This document shows positions 1-9,760 of a stretch of DNA of 64,000 nt, one piece after another. A program made the translations under genes and the position numbers. The notes beneath the pieces are model-generated. The model searched no databases. It was given only the letters and a program-made list of their open reading frames with translations, and was not told where the DNA came from. Position 1 is the stretch's first letter, and the number at the start of each line of letters is the position of its first letter. Origin of the DNA: an uncultured Gammaproteobacteria bacterium (GTDB taxonomy: Bacteria > Patescibacteriota > Patescibacteriia > Magasanikbacterales > UBA922); assembly GCA_964566225.1 (NCBI GenBank), contig CAZMHV010000001.1:149963-213962 (forward strand). The letters are read 5' to 3'.

Positions 1-1012
1 TGGCAGTTATAGTGCACACGAAGATGTTGCCCTTTTTGTCCGTGAAGAAAAAAATCTTGATGAAACAGAAAAAGAAATGCAAGAAGTAGAAGCCGTTCGT
101 GGGAATTCTATGGAAGACGGTGTTGCGTTGCACAACTTACCACTCTGGCAGCAAATGAAAAATGTGATGATGGTAGATGAAAAAGGAAATTTTGTTTTGG
201 CCGTTATTCGAGGGGATTTGGATGTCAACGAAACAAAACTTAAACATGTTGTCGATGCTCATGATTTGCGTTTTGCTACTGAAGAAGAAATTCGTGAACT
301 GGGCTCTGAACCTGGATTTATTTCTCCTGTTGGCATGAATAAAAAAGTGAAAATTATTGGAGATCAATCGTTACGGACTATAAAAAATGCGTATACTGGT
401 TCCAATAAAAAGCACCGAGATTTGGTGAATGTAAATATTGACCGAGATTATACCGTTGATACAGAAGCTGATATTGCCCTGGCTCAAGAAGGGTATACTG
501 CACAAAATGGAATGAAACTCGTAGCTACGAAAGGTATTGAAGTAGGAAATATTTTTCAACTTGGAAATCACTATAGTTCACGCATGCATGCAACATTTGT
601 GGACACCGAAGGCAAAGAGGTTGAATACTATATGGGTTGTTATGGTATTGGTATTGGCCGTACTTTGGCAACTATTGTTGAAAAATACCATGATGAAAAA
701 GGAATTCTTTGGCCAGAATCAGTGGCTCCATTTCGTGTTCACCTGATTTCTCTTTGTCGAACTGATGAACACAAGGCGCAAGCAGAAAGTCTGTATCAAG
801 AACTTTTAAGCAGAGGTATTGAAGTGCTCTTTGATGACCGTGAAGAAATGACTGCAGGGGCAAAATTTGCTGATTCTGATCTTATTGGTATTTCAACTCG
901 TGTCGTGGTAAGTCCACGAACACTTGAAAATAATAGTGTAGAAGTAAAAAAACGAAATGAATCTGATGCCAAAGTTGTATCAAGAGAGGAACTGTTTACT
1001 TTGTTTGCATAA
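1..1012 (+). CDS. proS: Prolyl-tRNA synthetase, C-terminal part (gene begins upstream of the window)
   Basis: Frame open from position 2. INS editing region, GIEVGNIFQLG, MGCYGIGIGR, and anticodon domain (FDDREEMTAGAKFADSDLIG). Confidence 0.96.
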   Translation, partial: GSYSAHEDVALFVREEKNLDETEKEMQEVEAVRGNSMEDGVALHNLPLWQQMKNVMMVDEKGNFVLAVIRGDLDVNETKLKHVVDAHDLRFATEEEIRELGSEPGFISPVGMNKKVKIIGDQSLRTIKNAYTGSNKKHRDLVNVNIDRDYTVDTEADIALAQEGYTAQNGMKLVATKGIEVGNIFQLGNHYSSRMHATFVDTEGKEVEYYMGCYGIGIGRTLATIVEKYHDEKGILWPESVAPFRVHLISLCRTDEHKAQAESLYQELLSRGIEVLFDDREEMTAGAKFADSDLIGISTRVVVSPRTLENNSVEVKKRNESDAKVVSREELFTLFA

Positions 1013-1054
1013 ATTGTTGTGTCGCATTCACAATTATTTCTTTGAAAGAATTGT

Positions 1055-2101
1055 ATGTTTGGTTTTGGAAAGAAAATGAATGATATTGGGATTGACCTTG
1101 GTACGGCCAATACTTTGGTATACATCAAAGAAAAAGGAATTGTGGTCAATGAACCAACGGTGGTTGCTCTCAATACCAAAACGGAACAGATTTTGGCAGT
1201 AGGAAATGAAGCTAAGCAAATGCTTGGCAAAACTCCACCTCATATTACGGTTACCCGGCCTCTCACCAATGGTATTATTTCTGACTACGAAGTAGCCGAA
1301 AAACTGTTGAAGCACTTTATAGAAAAGGTATTTGATCAAAATCCATCACTGTTTAGTCGTCCTCGCATTGTGATTGCTGTGCCAATGGGGGTGACTGAAG
1401 TAGAAGCCAAGGCCGTTGAAGACGCTGCTATTGCAGCAGGTGCTCGTGAAATTTCGATTGTCCAAGAACCTATGGCTGCTGCTATTGGTGCACGAATGCC
1501 AATCAATGATCCTATTGGGAATATGGTTATAGATATTGGTGGAGGAACTACTCAGGTTGCGGTTATTTCACTTCAGGGTGTTGTTGCTTGGAAATCAAGT
1601 CATATTGCAGGTGATGAACTCAATCGAAATATCATCCAATACGCACGTGATGTATTTAATTTATTTATTGGAGAAAGTTTAGCCGAAAATATAAAAACCA
1701 AAATTGGTTCTGCAACTGAACTTTCTGAACGAATGCAATTTGGTATGCGTGGCAGAGACGTGATGAGTGGGCTTCCAAAAGAAATCATGGTGACTGACCA
1801 TCATATTCGCGAAGCATTGTCTCGTTCAGTACGATCTATTGTAGATCTTATCAAAATGGCCCTTGAAGTGACTCCTCCGGAGCTTACCGCAGATATTCAT
1901 GAACGAGGGATCCTCCTTACGGGTGGGGGTTCATTGCTTCGAGGACTTGACACGATCATTCATAATGAAACAGAAATTCCTGTTCGTGTAGCCGACGACC
2001 CTTTGACTGCCGTGGTCCGAGGAACTGGAATTTTACTCGAAGACGAACAGCTTCTCAAACAAGTTGTTTTACCTTCTGCGAGAACGGCACGACATTATTA
2101 G
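1055..2101 (+). CDS. mreB: Rod shape-determining actin-like protein MreB
   Basis: DIGIDLGTANT, QEPMAAAIGA, VIDIGGGTT and LTGGGSLL motifs. Confidence 0.98.
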   Translation: MFGFGKKMNDIGIDLGTANTLVYIKEKGIVVNEPTVVALNTKTEQILAVGNEAKQMLGKTPPHITVTRPLTNGIISDYEVAEKLLKHFIEKVFDQNPSLFSRPRIVIAVPMGVTEVEAKAVEDAAIAAGAREISIVQEPMAAAIGARMPINDPIGNMVIDIGGGTTQVAVISLQGVVAWKSSHIAGDELNRNIIQYARDVFNLFIGESLAENIKTKIGSATELSERMQFGMRGRDVMSGLPKEIMVTDHHIREALSRSVRSIVDLIKMALEVTPPELTADIHERGILLTGGGSLLRGLDTIIHNETEIPVRVADDPLTAVVRGTGILLEDEQLLKQVVLPSARTARHY

Positions 2102-2152
2102 CATGGGTGATGATTTCACTCTCTAACCCGGTTTTTCCGGGTTTTCGTTTCT

Positions 2153-2968
2153 ATGTACCGAAATCAATTTCAAAAATTTATTGGAATCTTGGTTGTCGTC
2201 GCACTTACGATTGCTTTGCATTTTTTGGGATGGCTTTCTCCTGTAGAAAATAGTATTCGATCGCTTTTGCAGCCTGGTTCAAAGTTGCTCTATCAATTAA
2301 GTCTGCGGATGCAACAAGAAAATCTTCCATTTACTGATGCTAATCAGTTTATCGCACACTATAAAAATTTGAGCATTGAAATTGACGAGTACAAACAAAA
2401 AGCAATTCAGTATGAAGTTCTCTCAGATGAGAATTCACAGTTACGTGAACAGCTTCACTTTTTTACAAGCACAACACTTGATCATGTCGGGGCAGAAGTT
2501 ATTGGAAAAAATATTGAACCACTCGCCAATACATTAGTACTTTCTCGAGGTGAAAGTGATGGGGTGCAAGTAGGTGATGCGGTAATAGTAAACAATGGGA
2601 TTCTGGTAGGAAAAATTTTACGCGTTGAAAAAGATATGTCCATTGCACGCTTGTTGAATGACCCACAGAGTAAAGTAGCGGCAACCGTACTCAACCAAAG
2701 CAAGAGTATTGGTTTGGTTGAAGGTGGATATGGGATTAGTGTGCGTATGAACTTTGTTCCACAAAATGAATTGATTGCTCCTGGTGATACGGTTATTACC
2801 TCTGGATTAGAAAAACAAATTCCTCGTGGACTTATTTTGGGAACAGTCGAAACAGTCCAAAAAGAAGCGTATGAACCATTTCAACAAGCTGTCCTTACCC
2901 CTGGAGCACCACTCGATAAAATCTATATTGTATCTATTCTGATTCATACACAGAATCAAACTCACTAA
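2153..2968 (+). CDS. mreC: Rod shape-determining protein MreC
   Basis: N-terminal TM, coiled coil (ENSQLREQL), GDTVITSGL; follows mreB. Confidence 0.95.
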   Translation: MYRNQFQKFIGILVVVALTIALHFLGWLSPVENSIRSLLQPGSKLLYQLSLRMQQENLPFTDANQFIAHYKNLSIEIDEYKQKAIQYEVLSDENSQLREQLHFFTSTTLDHVGAEVIGKNIEPLANTLVLSRGESDGVQVGDAVIVNNGILVGKILRVEKDMSIARLLNDPQSKVAATVLNQSKSIGLVEGGYGISVRMNFVPQNELIAPGDTVITSGLEKQIPRGLILGTVETVQKEAYEPFQQAVLTPGAPLDKIYIVSILIHTQNQTH

Positions 2969-2971
2969 AGC

Positions 2972-3505
2972 ATGAAATTTTTTCTTTCTCTTTTGACTAA
3001 AATTGTTTTTTTGCTGACGCTTGTTATTGCTCATTTTTTTATATCGTATTCTTTTGCGTTTCCTTATAATACTATCAATATTATCTTTGCCGCACTTATT
3101 TTATTTATGGTATTTTCAGAGACTGGAGTAATTGTGTGGATGTCTTTTTTTATGCATTTTTGTATTGAATTGTATAGTATCTCTCCATTTGGTGTTATTT
3201 TGCTGAGTAGTACTTTGAGTATTTTGTTTACGTATTGGCTTTTTCAAACCGTTTTTACCAACCGTTCATGGTATTCAACTATATTTTTAACGTTTGTTTC
3301 ATTATTTTTTTATCGGTTTCTTTCGTTGCTCTTTTTATTTCTTATATTTTTCTTTTTTCAAAAAAGTACAGAAATTTCTTGGGGGAATATGTTGATACTT
3401 TCTGGGTATGAGTTATTTTTTACAGAGATTTTGGTACTTATCAGTTATGCTTTTTTACCAAAATTTCGAAAAAGTTTAATACGCGTACGGTCAAAAGTTT
3501 TATGA
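2972..3505 (+). CDS. mreD: Probable MreD membrane protein
   Basis: About 5 hydrophobic helices; lies between mreC and PBP2. Confidence 0.75.
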   Translation: MKFFLSLLTKIVFLLTLVIAHFFISYSFAFPYNTINIIFAALILFMVFSETGVIVWMSFFMHFCIELYSISPFGVILLSSTLSILFTYWLFQTVFTNRSWYSTIFLTFVSLFFYRFLSLLFLFLIFFFFQKSTEISWGNMLILSGYELFFTEILVLISYAFLPKFRKSLIRVRSKVL

Positions 3506-5499
3506 AAAATTTGGGAACTCCATTTTTTGAAGGATTATTTGACGAGAGTTCGTACGAAGTTTCGTCAAAGCGAACAAAATTCAATTGGGTTGAGGAGTCT
3601 TTTGTATTTGATAAAGAAACAGGTAAACAGGTTGCCAGTATCCAGAGCAATGAGTATATTGGGAGTTCTCTCACGAGGCATAGACTCTATGCCTTCTTGG
3701 TTATTTTAGGTTGTATTTATGTTATTTTGTTGGTTAAAATAATTTTTTTGCAGCTGGTTCATGGTGGATCATATGCACAAAAAGCACAAGGTAACCGTCA
3801 ACGTATTATTCCTATTGCTGCTGAAAGAGGTCTTGTATTTGATCGCAATGGTGTGGAACTTACCAAAAATATTCCCAGTTTTTCGTTGGCTCTTATTCCA
3901 CAAGATTTGCCACGCAATTCTGCTGAACGTGAAAAAATTGTAACACGACTGGCAGAAATTACTCACCAAGATCAAAAAAGTATTCGTGATACACTTGAAG
4001 AATACGGCGCCTACAGCTACGAGTCTATTGTGATTGAAGAAGATATTGACTATGAAACAGCACTTCAACTACAAATTGAAAGTGCGGATCTGCCTGGTAT
4101 TTATATTAAGCGTGGAAGTAAACGCTTGTATATTTTGGGTGAAAATAGTCGCGGTGAGACAACAACGTCAACTTTGTTATCTCTCTCGCATATTTTAGGA
4201 TATGAGGGAAAATTGAATCGTAAAGAACTCGACAGTTTGTATACAAAAGGATATCTTCCGTCAGATACTATTGGCAAAAGCGGGATTGAAAAATATTATG
4301 AGACAGAGTTACGTGGAGTGTATGGAAAACAAAAAATCGAAGTCAATGCTGCTGGGAAACAACAATCGAGTATTGCTGAAGAAGCTCCTCACCCTGGGGC
4401 ACAACTCACGCTTTCGGTTGATACTATAATGCAAGAAAAGTTAGAAAGTATAATGAAAGATGAAATGAATAAAGCCGGCAAAAAACGTGGTGCTGGTGTG
4501 GTATTGAATCCAAATACTGGTGAAGTGTTGGCCTTGGTAAGTTTACCTTCTTTTGATAACAATGATTTCTCAGGAGGAATTTCTGTACAAAAATATAATG
4601 AATATATAAATGACCCTGATCATCCTTTATTTAACCGAGCTTTTGGTGGTAACTATCCTTCTGGATCAACGATCAAGCCGGTTTTTGCTGCGGCTGCATT
4701 GCAAGAAGGAATTGTTTCGCCTTCAACAGCATTTTTGAGTAATGGTGGTCTTCAGGTAGGCAAGTGGTTTTTTCCAGATTGGAAAGCAGGTGGTCATGGT
4801 ATGACCGATGTCCGTAAGTCTTTGGCTGAATCTGTCAACACATTTTATTATTACATAGGTGGTGGATACAAAGATTTTACAGGTATTGGTGTAGATAAAT
4901 TGGATGAATATTTACAAAAATTTCATTTTTCAAAGGCACTGGGTATTGATGTCCCTGGAGAAGTTGATGGTTTTGTCCCTACACGAGAGTCTCGAGAAAA
5001 ATTGGGTGAAAAGTGGTACGTAGGTGACACCTATAACTTGTCCATTGGACAGGGTGACTTACTCGTCACGCCTCTGCAGATTGCTTCGATGACATCATAC
5101 TTTGCCAATGGAGGAACAATGTATAGACCATTTGTTGCCAAGTCATTTACAGATCCTATTTCCAAAGTCTCTCGTGCTACTCCTCCCACTGTACTCACCA
5201 AAAATTTGGTGGACAAAAAAAATACTGAGATTGTTCGTCTCGGTATGAAAGATTGTGTCACTCAAGGCTCTTGTCGTCGACTGGCAACCCTTCCTTTTAG
5301 TGCCGCAGGCAAAACAGGAACGGCTCAGTGGAATGCTAACAAAGCCAATCATGCTTGGTTTACCTCTTTTGCTCCATTTGAAAATCCACAAGTTGTGGTA
5401 ACTATTTTGATAGAAGAAGGTGAAGAGGGAAGTCGTATTGCGGTACCTATTGCACATGAGTTTTATAAATGGTGGGGGACCTATGATAAAAAAAATTGA
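3502..5499 (+). CDS. mrdA: Penicillin-binding protein 2
   Basis: TM, dimerisation domain, SxxK (GSTIK), SxN (ESVN) and KTG (AGKTGT) motifs. Confidence 0.96.
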   Translation: MKNLGTPFFEGLFDESSYEVSSKRTKFNWVEESFVFDKETGKQVASIQSNEYIGSSLTRHRLYAFLVILGCIYVILLVKIIFLQLVHGGSYAQKAQGNRQRIIPIAAERGLVFDRNGVELTKNIPSFSLALIPQDLPRNSAEREKIVTRLAEITHQDQKSIRDTLEEYGAYSYESIVIEEDIDYETALQLQIESADLPGIYIKRGSKRLYILGENSRGETTTSTLLSLSHILGYEGKLNRKELDSLYTKGYLPSDTIGKSGIEKYYETELRGVYGKQKIEVNAAGKQQSSIAEEAPHPGAQLTLSVDTIMQEKLESIMKDEMNKAGKKRGAGVVLNPNTGEVLALVSLPSFDNNDFSGGISVQKYNEYINDPDHPLFNRAFGGNYPSGSTIKPVFAAAALQEGIVSPSTAFLSNGGLQVGKWFFPDWKAGGHGMTDVRKSLAESVNTFYYYIGGGYKDFTGIGVDKLDEYLQKFHFSKALGIDVPGEVDGFVPTRESREKLGEKWYVGDTYNLSIGQGDLLVTPLQIASMTSYFANGGTMYRPFVAKSFTDPISKVSRATPPTVLTKNLVDKKNTEIVRLGMKDCVTQGSCRRLATLPFSAAGKTGTAQWNANKANHAWFTSFAPFENPQVVVTILIEEGEEGSRIAVPIAHEFYKWWGTYDKKN

Positions 5500-5513
5500 T
5501 TGTGGATAAAAAT

Positions 5514-5596
5514 TTGACGAAACACAGCGAAAACGGTACAGTATAGAAAATAATCAATAAACTTTTTCAAATATCCGCCCTGGCGGGTATATTTTA
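5514..5596 (+). promoter_or_regulatory. greA promoter and leader hairpin followed by a U-rich tract
   Basis: TTGACG (5514) ... TACAGT, then AATATCCGCC-CT-GGCGGGTATATT-TTATT just before the ATG. Confidence 0.55.
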
Positions 5597-5603
5597 TTCT
5601 CGT

Positions 5604-6068
5604 ATGGACGACTCAGTGCTCTATGTTTCTTCTGACAAGCTGTGCAAACTTCAAGAAGAACTCAAAAACTTAAGAGATGAAAAAATTCCTACCATTGCCA
5701 AACGTATCGACGATGCTCGTCAAATGGGGGATTTATCAGAAAATGCCGAATATCATGCTGCCCGTGAAGAAATGGCATGGGTACAAAGTCGTGTACTCGA
5801 ACTTGAGTATATCATTCAAAATGCTCAAATTATTTCTGAAGACGTACACAGTGGAACTATCAATATTGGTTCTACTTTTACTGTGGAAGTAAACGGTAAA
5901 AATAAAGATTTTACCATTGTCGGTGGGCAAGAAGCAGACCCATTTAGTGGAAAGATTTCCAATGAGTCGCCACTTGGCATGGGCTTTTTGGGCAAAAAAA
6001 AGGGTGATGTGGTTGAGGTCAAAATTCCAGCTGGAGTGCAAAAGTATAAGATTGTCAAAGTTCAATAA
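5604..6068 (+). CDS. greA: Transcription elongation factor GreA
   Basis: GDLSENAEYHAARE and ISNESPLG motifs. Confidence 0.97.
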   Translation: MDDSVLYVSSDKLCKLQEELKNLRDEKIPTIAKRIDDARQMGDLSENAEYHAAREEMAWVQSRVLELEYIIQNAQIISEDVHSGTINIGSTFTVEVNGKNKDFTIVGGQEADPFSGKISNESPLGMGFLGKKKGDVVEVKIPAGVQKYKIVKVQ

Positions 6069-6211
6069 TAGCTTAAATTAGGTAAAAATTTAAACTGTTC
6101 GCTTTTTTAAAAAAGGCGTACCTTGCCCGCCGTAGTAGAAGCTGCCGCGGGTTTGCTTTTTTCGCCCAAATTTGGTATGATTTTACAGTAATTTTAGAGA
6201 AGAACTGTTCT

Positions 6212-8119
6212 ATGAACACTGAAGAAAAACAAGTCAACATCAATGACGAACGTGAAGTACGTTTACATAAAGTAGCCGAACTCCAAAAAATGGGGATTCC
6301 TTCGTTTCCGGCACAAGCAAATAAAAAAGATTCTTTGGCATTTGCGCTTGAAGCAGCCGAAGGAACTGCCATTCAAACTGCAGGCCGTATCATGACCAAA
6401 CGCGACATGGGCAAACTTATGTTTTGTCATTTGCAAGACGAAAGTACTCGCATGCAAATTGCCCTCAAAAAAGATGACCTCGGCGAAGAAAAATACAAAA
6501 CATTTTCCAAATTGATTGATGGTGGAGACATTGTAGAAATTACTGGAGAAAAATTTATTACCCACAAAGGTGAACCTTCAATTTTAGTGAGAGATTGGAA
6601 GCTCTTGACCAAAGCAGTACGACCATTGCCAGACAAATTTCATGGCGTCTCAGATGAAGAATTAAGATTGCGCAAACGTTATTTGGATTTGGTCATGAAT
6701 CCAGAACTTCGTGAGATGTTCCACAAAAAATCTAAATTTTGGGATGTGACACGCACATTCATGAAAGAACATGGATTTTTTGAAGTAGAAACTCCACTCC
6801 TCGAAACAACGACTGGTGGAGCAGAAGCCACACCATTTAAAACACATCACAATGATTTTGATCTTGATGTGTATTTGCGTATTTCTGTAGGTGAACTTTG
6901 GCAAAAACGTTTGATGGCCGGAGGCTTTGAAAAAACGTTTGAAATTGGCCGCGTATTCCGCAATGAAGGTTCAAGTCCAGACCACTTGCAAGAATTTACC
7001 AACATGGAATTTTACTGGGCCTATGCCAACTACAAAGATGGCATGAAGCTCGCTCAAGAACTCTATCAGCGTATTGCGCTTGAAGTATTTGGTAAAACCA
7101 AATTTACGAGTAAAGGCTATGAATATGATTTGGCAGGGGAGTGGCCAGAAGTAGACTATGTGGGTGAAATCAAAAAACAAACGGGTGTAGATATTTTGTC
7201 TGCGACTGAAGAAGAAATGAAAGCAAAGCTGAGTGAACTCAAAGTGGTATACGAAGGACAAAATCGTGAACGTCTCACTGACACACTCTGGAAATACTGC
7301 CGCAAAAATATTGCTGGTCCTGCATTTTTGGTGAACCATCCAAAATTGGTTTCGGCTCTTTCAAAAGCACACTCAGAGAATCCAGAACTCACGGAACGTT
7401 TTCAAATTATTATTGCAGGAAGTGAAGTGGGCAATGGTTACTCTGAGTTGAACGATCCAATTGATCAACGCGCCCGTTTTGAAGTCCAACAAAAACTTAT
7501 TGAACGTGGTGACAGTGAAGCCATGATGCCTGACTGGGAGTTTGTGGAAATGCTTGAACATGGAATGCCACCAACCTGTGGATTTGGTTTTGGTGAACGT
7601 TTATTTGCATTCCTCATGGATAAACCAATTCGTGAATGTGTGCTCTTTCCGCTCATGAAACCAGAAGAAGGACAAGAATCTACCGAAGGAAAATCCAAAA
7701 AAACCATGGTGGCACATGCGGTCTTGCTCAACACTCCAGAAGTTCCAACCTGGAGTAAACTCAATGCTGCCGCACATCTTTCGGCATCACTGGCTGCCCG
7801 TGAAGGACGTAAACTCATTCATATTGATCATGCCACAACAACCGATGGTGAGTCTATTCCCATGAATATTCAACACGCCATCATGATGAAAGAAACTGAC
7901 TCACGAACCGCTCTTTTGGAACTCAAACGCAAAGCCGATGAACTTGGACTCGTGGTAACCTGTTTTACCGAAGAAATGCGTGATTCCAGTAATGACGAAA
8001 AAGTAAAAGCCAAACAAGAAGGAAAAAGTGCAAATGATATTTCTTTTCTTGGTGTATTAGTATTTGGTGAAATGAAAGTGGTCGAAAAATTGACTGCACA
8101 ATTTAGTCTTGTAAGTTAA
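6212..8119 (+). CDS. lysS: Lysyl-tRNA synthetase (class II) with C-terminal DUF2000-like domain
   Basis: OB domain, GGAEATPFKTHH, FRNEG, YSELNDPIDQ and GMPPTCGFGFG. An extra ~140 aa follows the normal end (LFPLMKP). Confidence 0.96.
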   Translation: MNTEEKQVNINDEREVRLHKVAELQKMGIPSFPAQANKKDSLAFALEAAEGTAIQTAGRIMTKRDMGKLMFCHLQDESTRMQIALKKDDLGEEKYKTFSKLIDGGDIVEITGEKFITHKGEPSILVRDWKLLTKAVRPLPDKFHGVSDEELRLRKRYLDLVMNPELREMFHKKSKFWDVTRTFMKEHGFFEVETPLLETTTGGAEATPFKTHHNDFDLDVYLRISVGELWQKRLMAGGFEKTFEIGRVFRNEGSSPDHLQEFTNMEFYWAYANYKDGMKLAQELYQRIALEVFGKTKFTSKGYEYDLAGEWPEVDYVGEIKKQTGVDILSATEEEMKAKLSELKVVYEGQNRERLTDTLWKYCRKNIAGPAFLVNHPKLVSALSKAHSENPELTERFQIIIAGSEVGNGYSELNDPIDQRARFEVQQKLIERGDSEAMMPDWEFVEMLEHGMPPTCGFGFGERLFAFLMDKPIRECVLFPLMKPEEGQESTEGKSKKTMVAHAVLLNTPEVPTWSKLNAAAHLSASLAAREGRKLIHIDHATTTDGESIPMNIQHAIMMKETDSRTALLELKRKADELGLVVTCFTEEMRDSSNDEKVKAKQEGKSANDISFLGVLVFGEMKVVEKLTAQFSLVS

Positions 8120-8126
8120 CCAGTAT

Positions 8127-8420
8127 ATGAAAAAATTTTTGTTTTTACTCTCATCTGTACTTATCGTCGTTGGAGCAGGATGTAATACCTCTGTTCAAAA
8201 GACTCGAGTCCCCGACACAGAGAACACCGTTCAAGAACCAGAAGTTACTCTTTCTGGTGAAGCCCAAAAAGCAAAAATAGAGTGTGAAAAACTTTCAGGT
8301 ATACCAGAAGTATATATCTCCGATATAAACATTCCGGATGAGAAAAGGATTGTTTGTAAATTTGCAGATAAAACTGAATGTGATCAAATAGATTTGAATG
8401 ATGGTTTTTGTAAAAGATAA
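8127..8420 (+). CDS. Putative lipoprotein with a 4-Cys DUF333-like domain
   Basis: Signal peptide ending VGAGC; C-x3-SG...C-x-F-x5-C...C pattern. Confidence 0.65.
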   Translation: MKKFLFLLSSVLIVVGAGCNTSVQKTRVPDTENTVQEPEVTLSGEAQKAKIECEKLSGIPEVYISDINIPDEKRIVCKFADKTECDQIDLNDGFCKR

Positions 8421-8523
8421 ATTTTGTATAGTCTGCCAGCTGGGTATAAAATTAATACAGAGGTGATATACGTACAAAAGAAGAACTTGATTCAATTGTA
8501 AAATCATTGAAATTAAAATAAGT

Positions 8524-9069
8524 ATGCCCTTCCAAATTCTTTCTAAAAAAGAAATTTTCAAAGGAAAATTTAAAAGTCTCTGGGAGACTAAGTATTTAGA
8601 TAAAAATGGGAATGAACGAATTTGGGAATGGGTATTTAAAAAAGATTATGTTTCGGTGTTGGCGATTACGGCAGAGCAAGAGCTCGTCATTATAAAACAG
8701 TATAGAGTTGCCAATGAAAAGTATGTATATCAACCAGTGGCTGGTGAAATAGATACAACAGATGAAACACCGGAAGCAACCGCACAGCGTGAACTCATGG
8801 AAGAAATTGGTTATGGAGCAGAAAAATTTATTGCACTGCGTCCACAACTCAACTCACCTGGCACTCTCACCAACCTCTGCTATCCGTTTATTGCACTCAA
8901 CGCCTACCCAGTCAATAATAATCGTGGAGATGAGTCAGAAGAAATTGAGTTGGTGAAAATTCCCATGGATAAATTGTATGAATTTTATCAAAATTGTCCA
9001 GAGGATTGTGATTTTAGTATGCGAACTATTGCCACTTACGAAATAGCCAAACATTTACATTTACTATGA
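8524..9069 (+). CDS. NUDIX hydrolase (ADP-ribose pyrophosphatase-like)
   Basis: Nudix box AGEIDTTDETPEATAQRELMEEIGY; QYR and SPG motifs. Confidence 0.9.
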   Translation: MPFQILSKKEIFKGKFKSLWETKYLDKNGNERIWEWVFKKDYVSVLAITAEQELVIIKQYRVANEKYVYQPVAGEIDTTDETPEATAQRELMEEIGYGAEKFIALRPQLNSPGTLTNLCYPFIALNAYPVNNNRGDESEEIELVKIPMDKLYEFYQNCPEDCDFSMRTIATYEIAKHLHLL

Positions 9070-9758
9070 AGTCACAAACTACATTTTATTTGTTTTTTAC
9101 AGTATTATTTTTGGTTGTGGTAGCCGAAGCAGCCTGGCAATTTTCAATACAAAAAGACAACTTGTTTGCCTCTCGTCGTATTGATGCGATTGATTTTCCA
9201 ATTACAGCGTCTTCCAAACAGCCTGAAACAAGTGGAGCACTTTTTAGTGATCCTGAATCTGATGTGACTTTTCAATATCCGCAAAGTTGGAGTCTTGAAA
9301 AAAAATTAGTTGAAAAAGAATTGCCACATGTTCGAGCTTGGCAGTTTCACGAAGGAGAAGTTATCAAAGCCAATTTTTTTTCTCCTATACATGAGACTTC
9401 TTTTGACGCATGTTCTACTGGTCAATATGCGTATTTGCATTCTTTTGGGACAAACGATCCAAGTACAAATGTCCTCGCAGAGGTTTGTGCTGCCTGTGAA
9501 GAGACAACCACAAGTACAAAAAATTGTTTTTTGAGCAATAAACCTGCAACTGCATATATTTATTGGGTACGGGGTATTCAAGCCAAAAAGCAAAAAGACC
9601 TTCTCTCAAATGTCGATACCCTTTCACTTATTCGTTTTGAACTCAAAAGTGACCAAGTTTCTATGGATCAAACGGTTGAAATGATAGAAAAAATTGCTGA
9701 AAGTTTACAATTTGTACCAATAACAAGTACATCATCTTTAATTCTTTCTTCATTGTAA
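9066..9758 (+). CDS. Hypothetical membrane-anchored protein
   Basis: N-terminal TM; FQYPQSW motif seen in PsbP-like exported proteins; coupled to the upstream gene. Confidence 0.65.
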   Translation: MKSQTTFYLFFTVLFLVVVAEAAWQFSIQKDNLFASRRIDAIDFPITASSKQPETSGALFSDPESDVTFQYPQSWSLEKKLVEKELPHVRAWQFHEGEVIKANFFSPIHETSFDACSTGQYAYLHSFGTNDPSTNVLAEVCAACEETTTSTKNCFLSNKPATAYIYWVRGIQAKKQKDLLSNVDTLSLIRFELKSDQVSMDQTVEMIEKIAESLQFVPITSTSSLILSSL

Positions 9759-9760
9759 GT

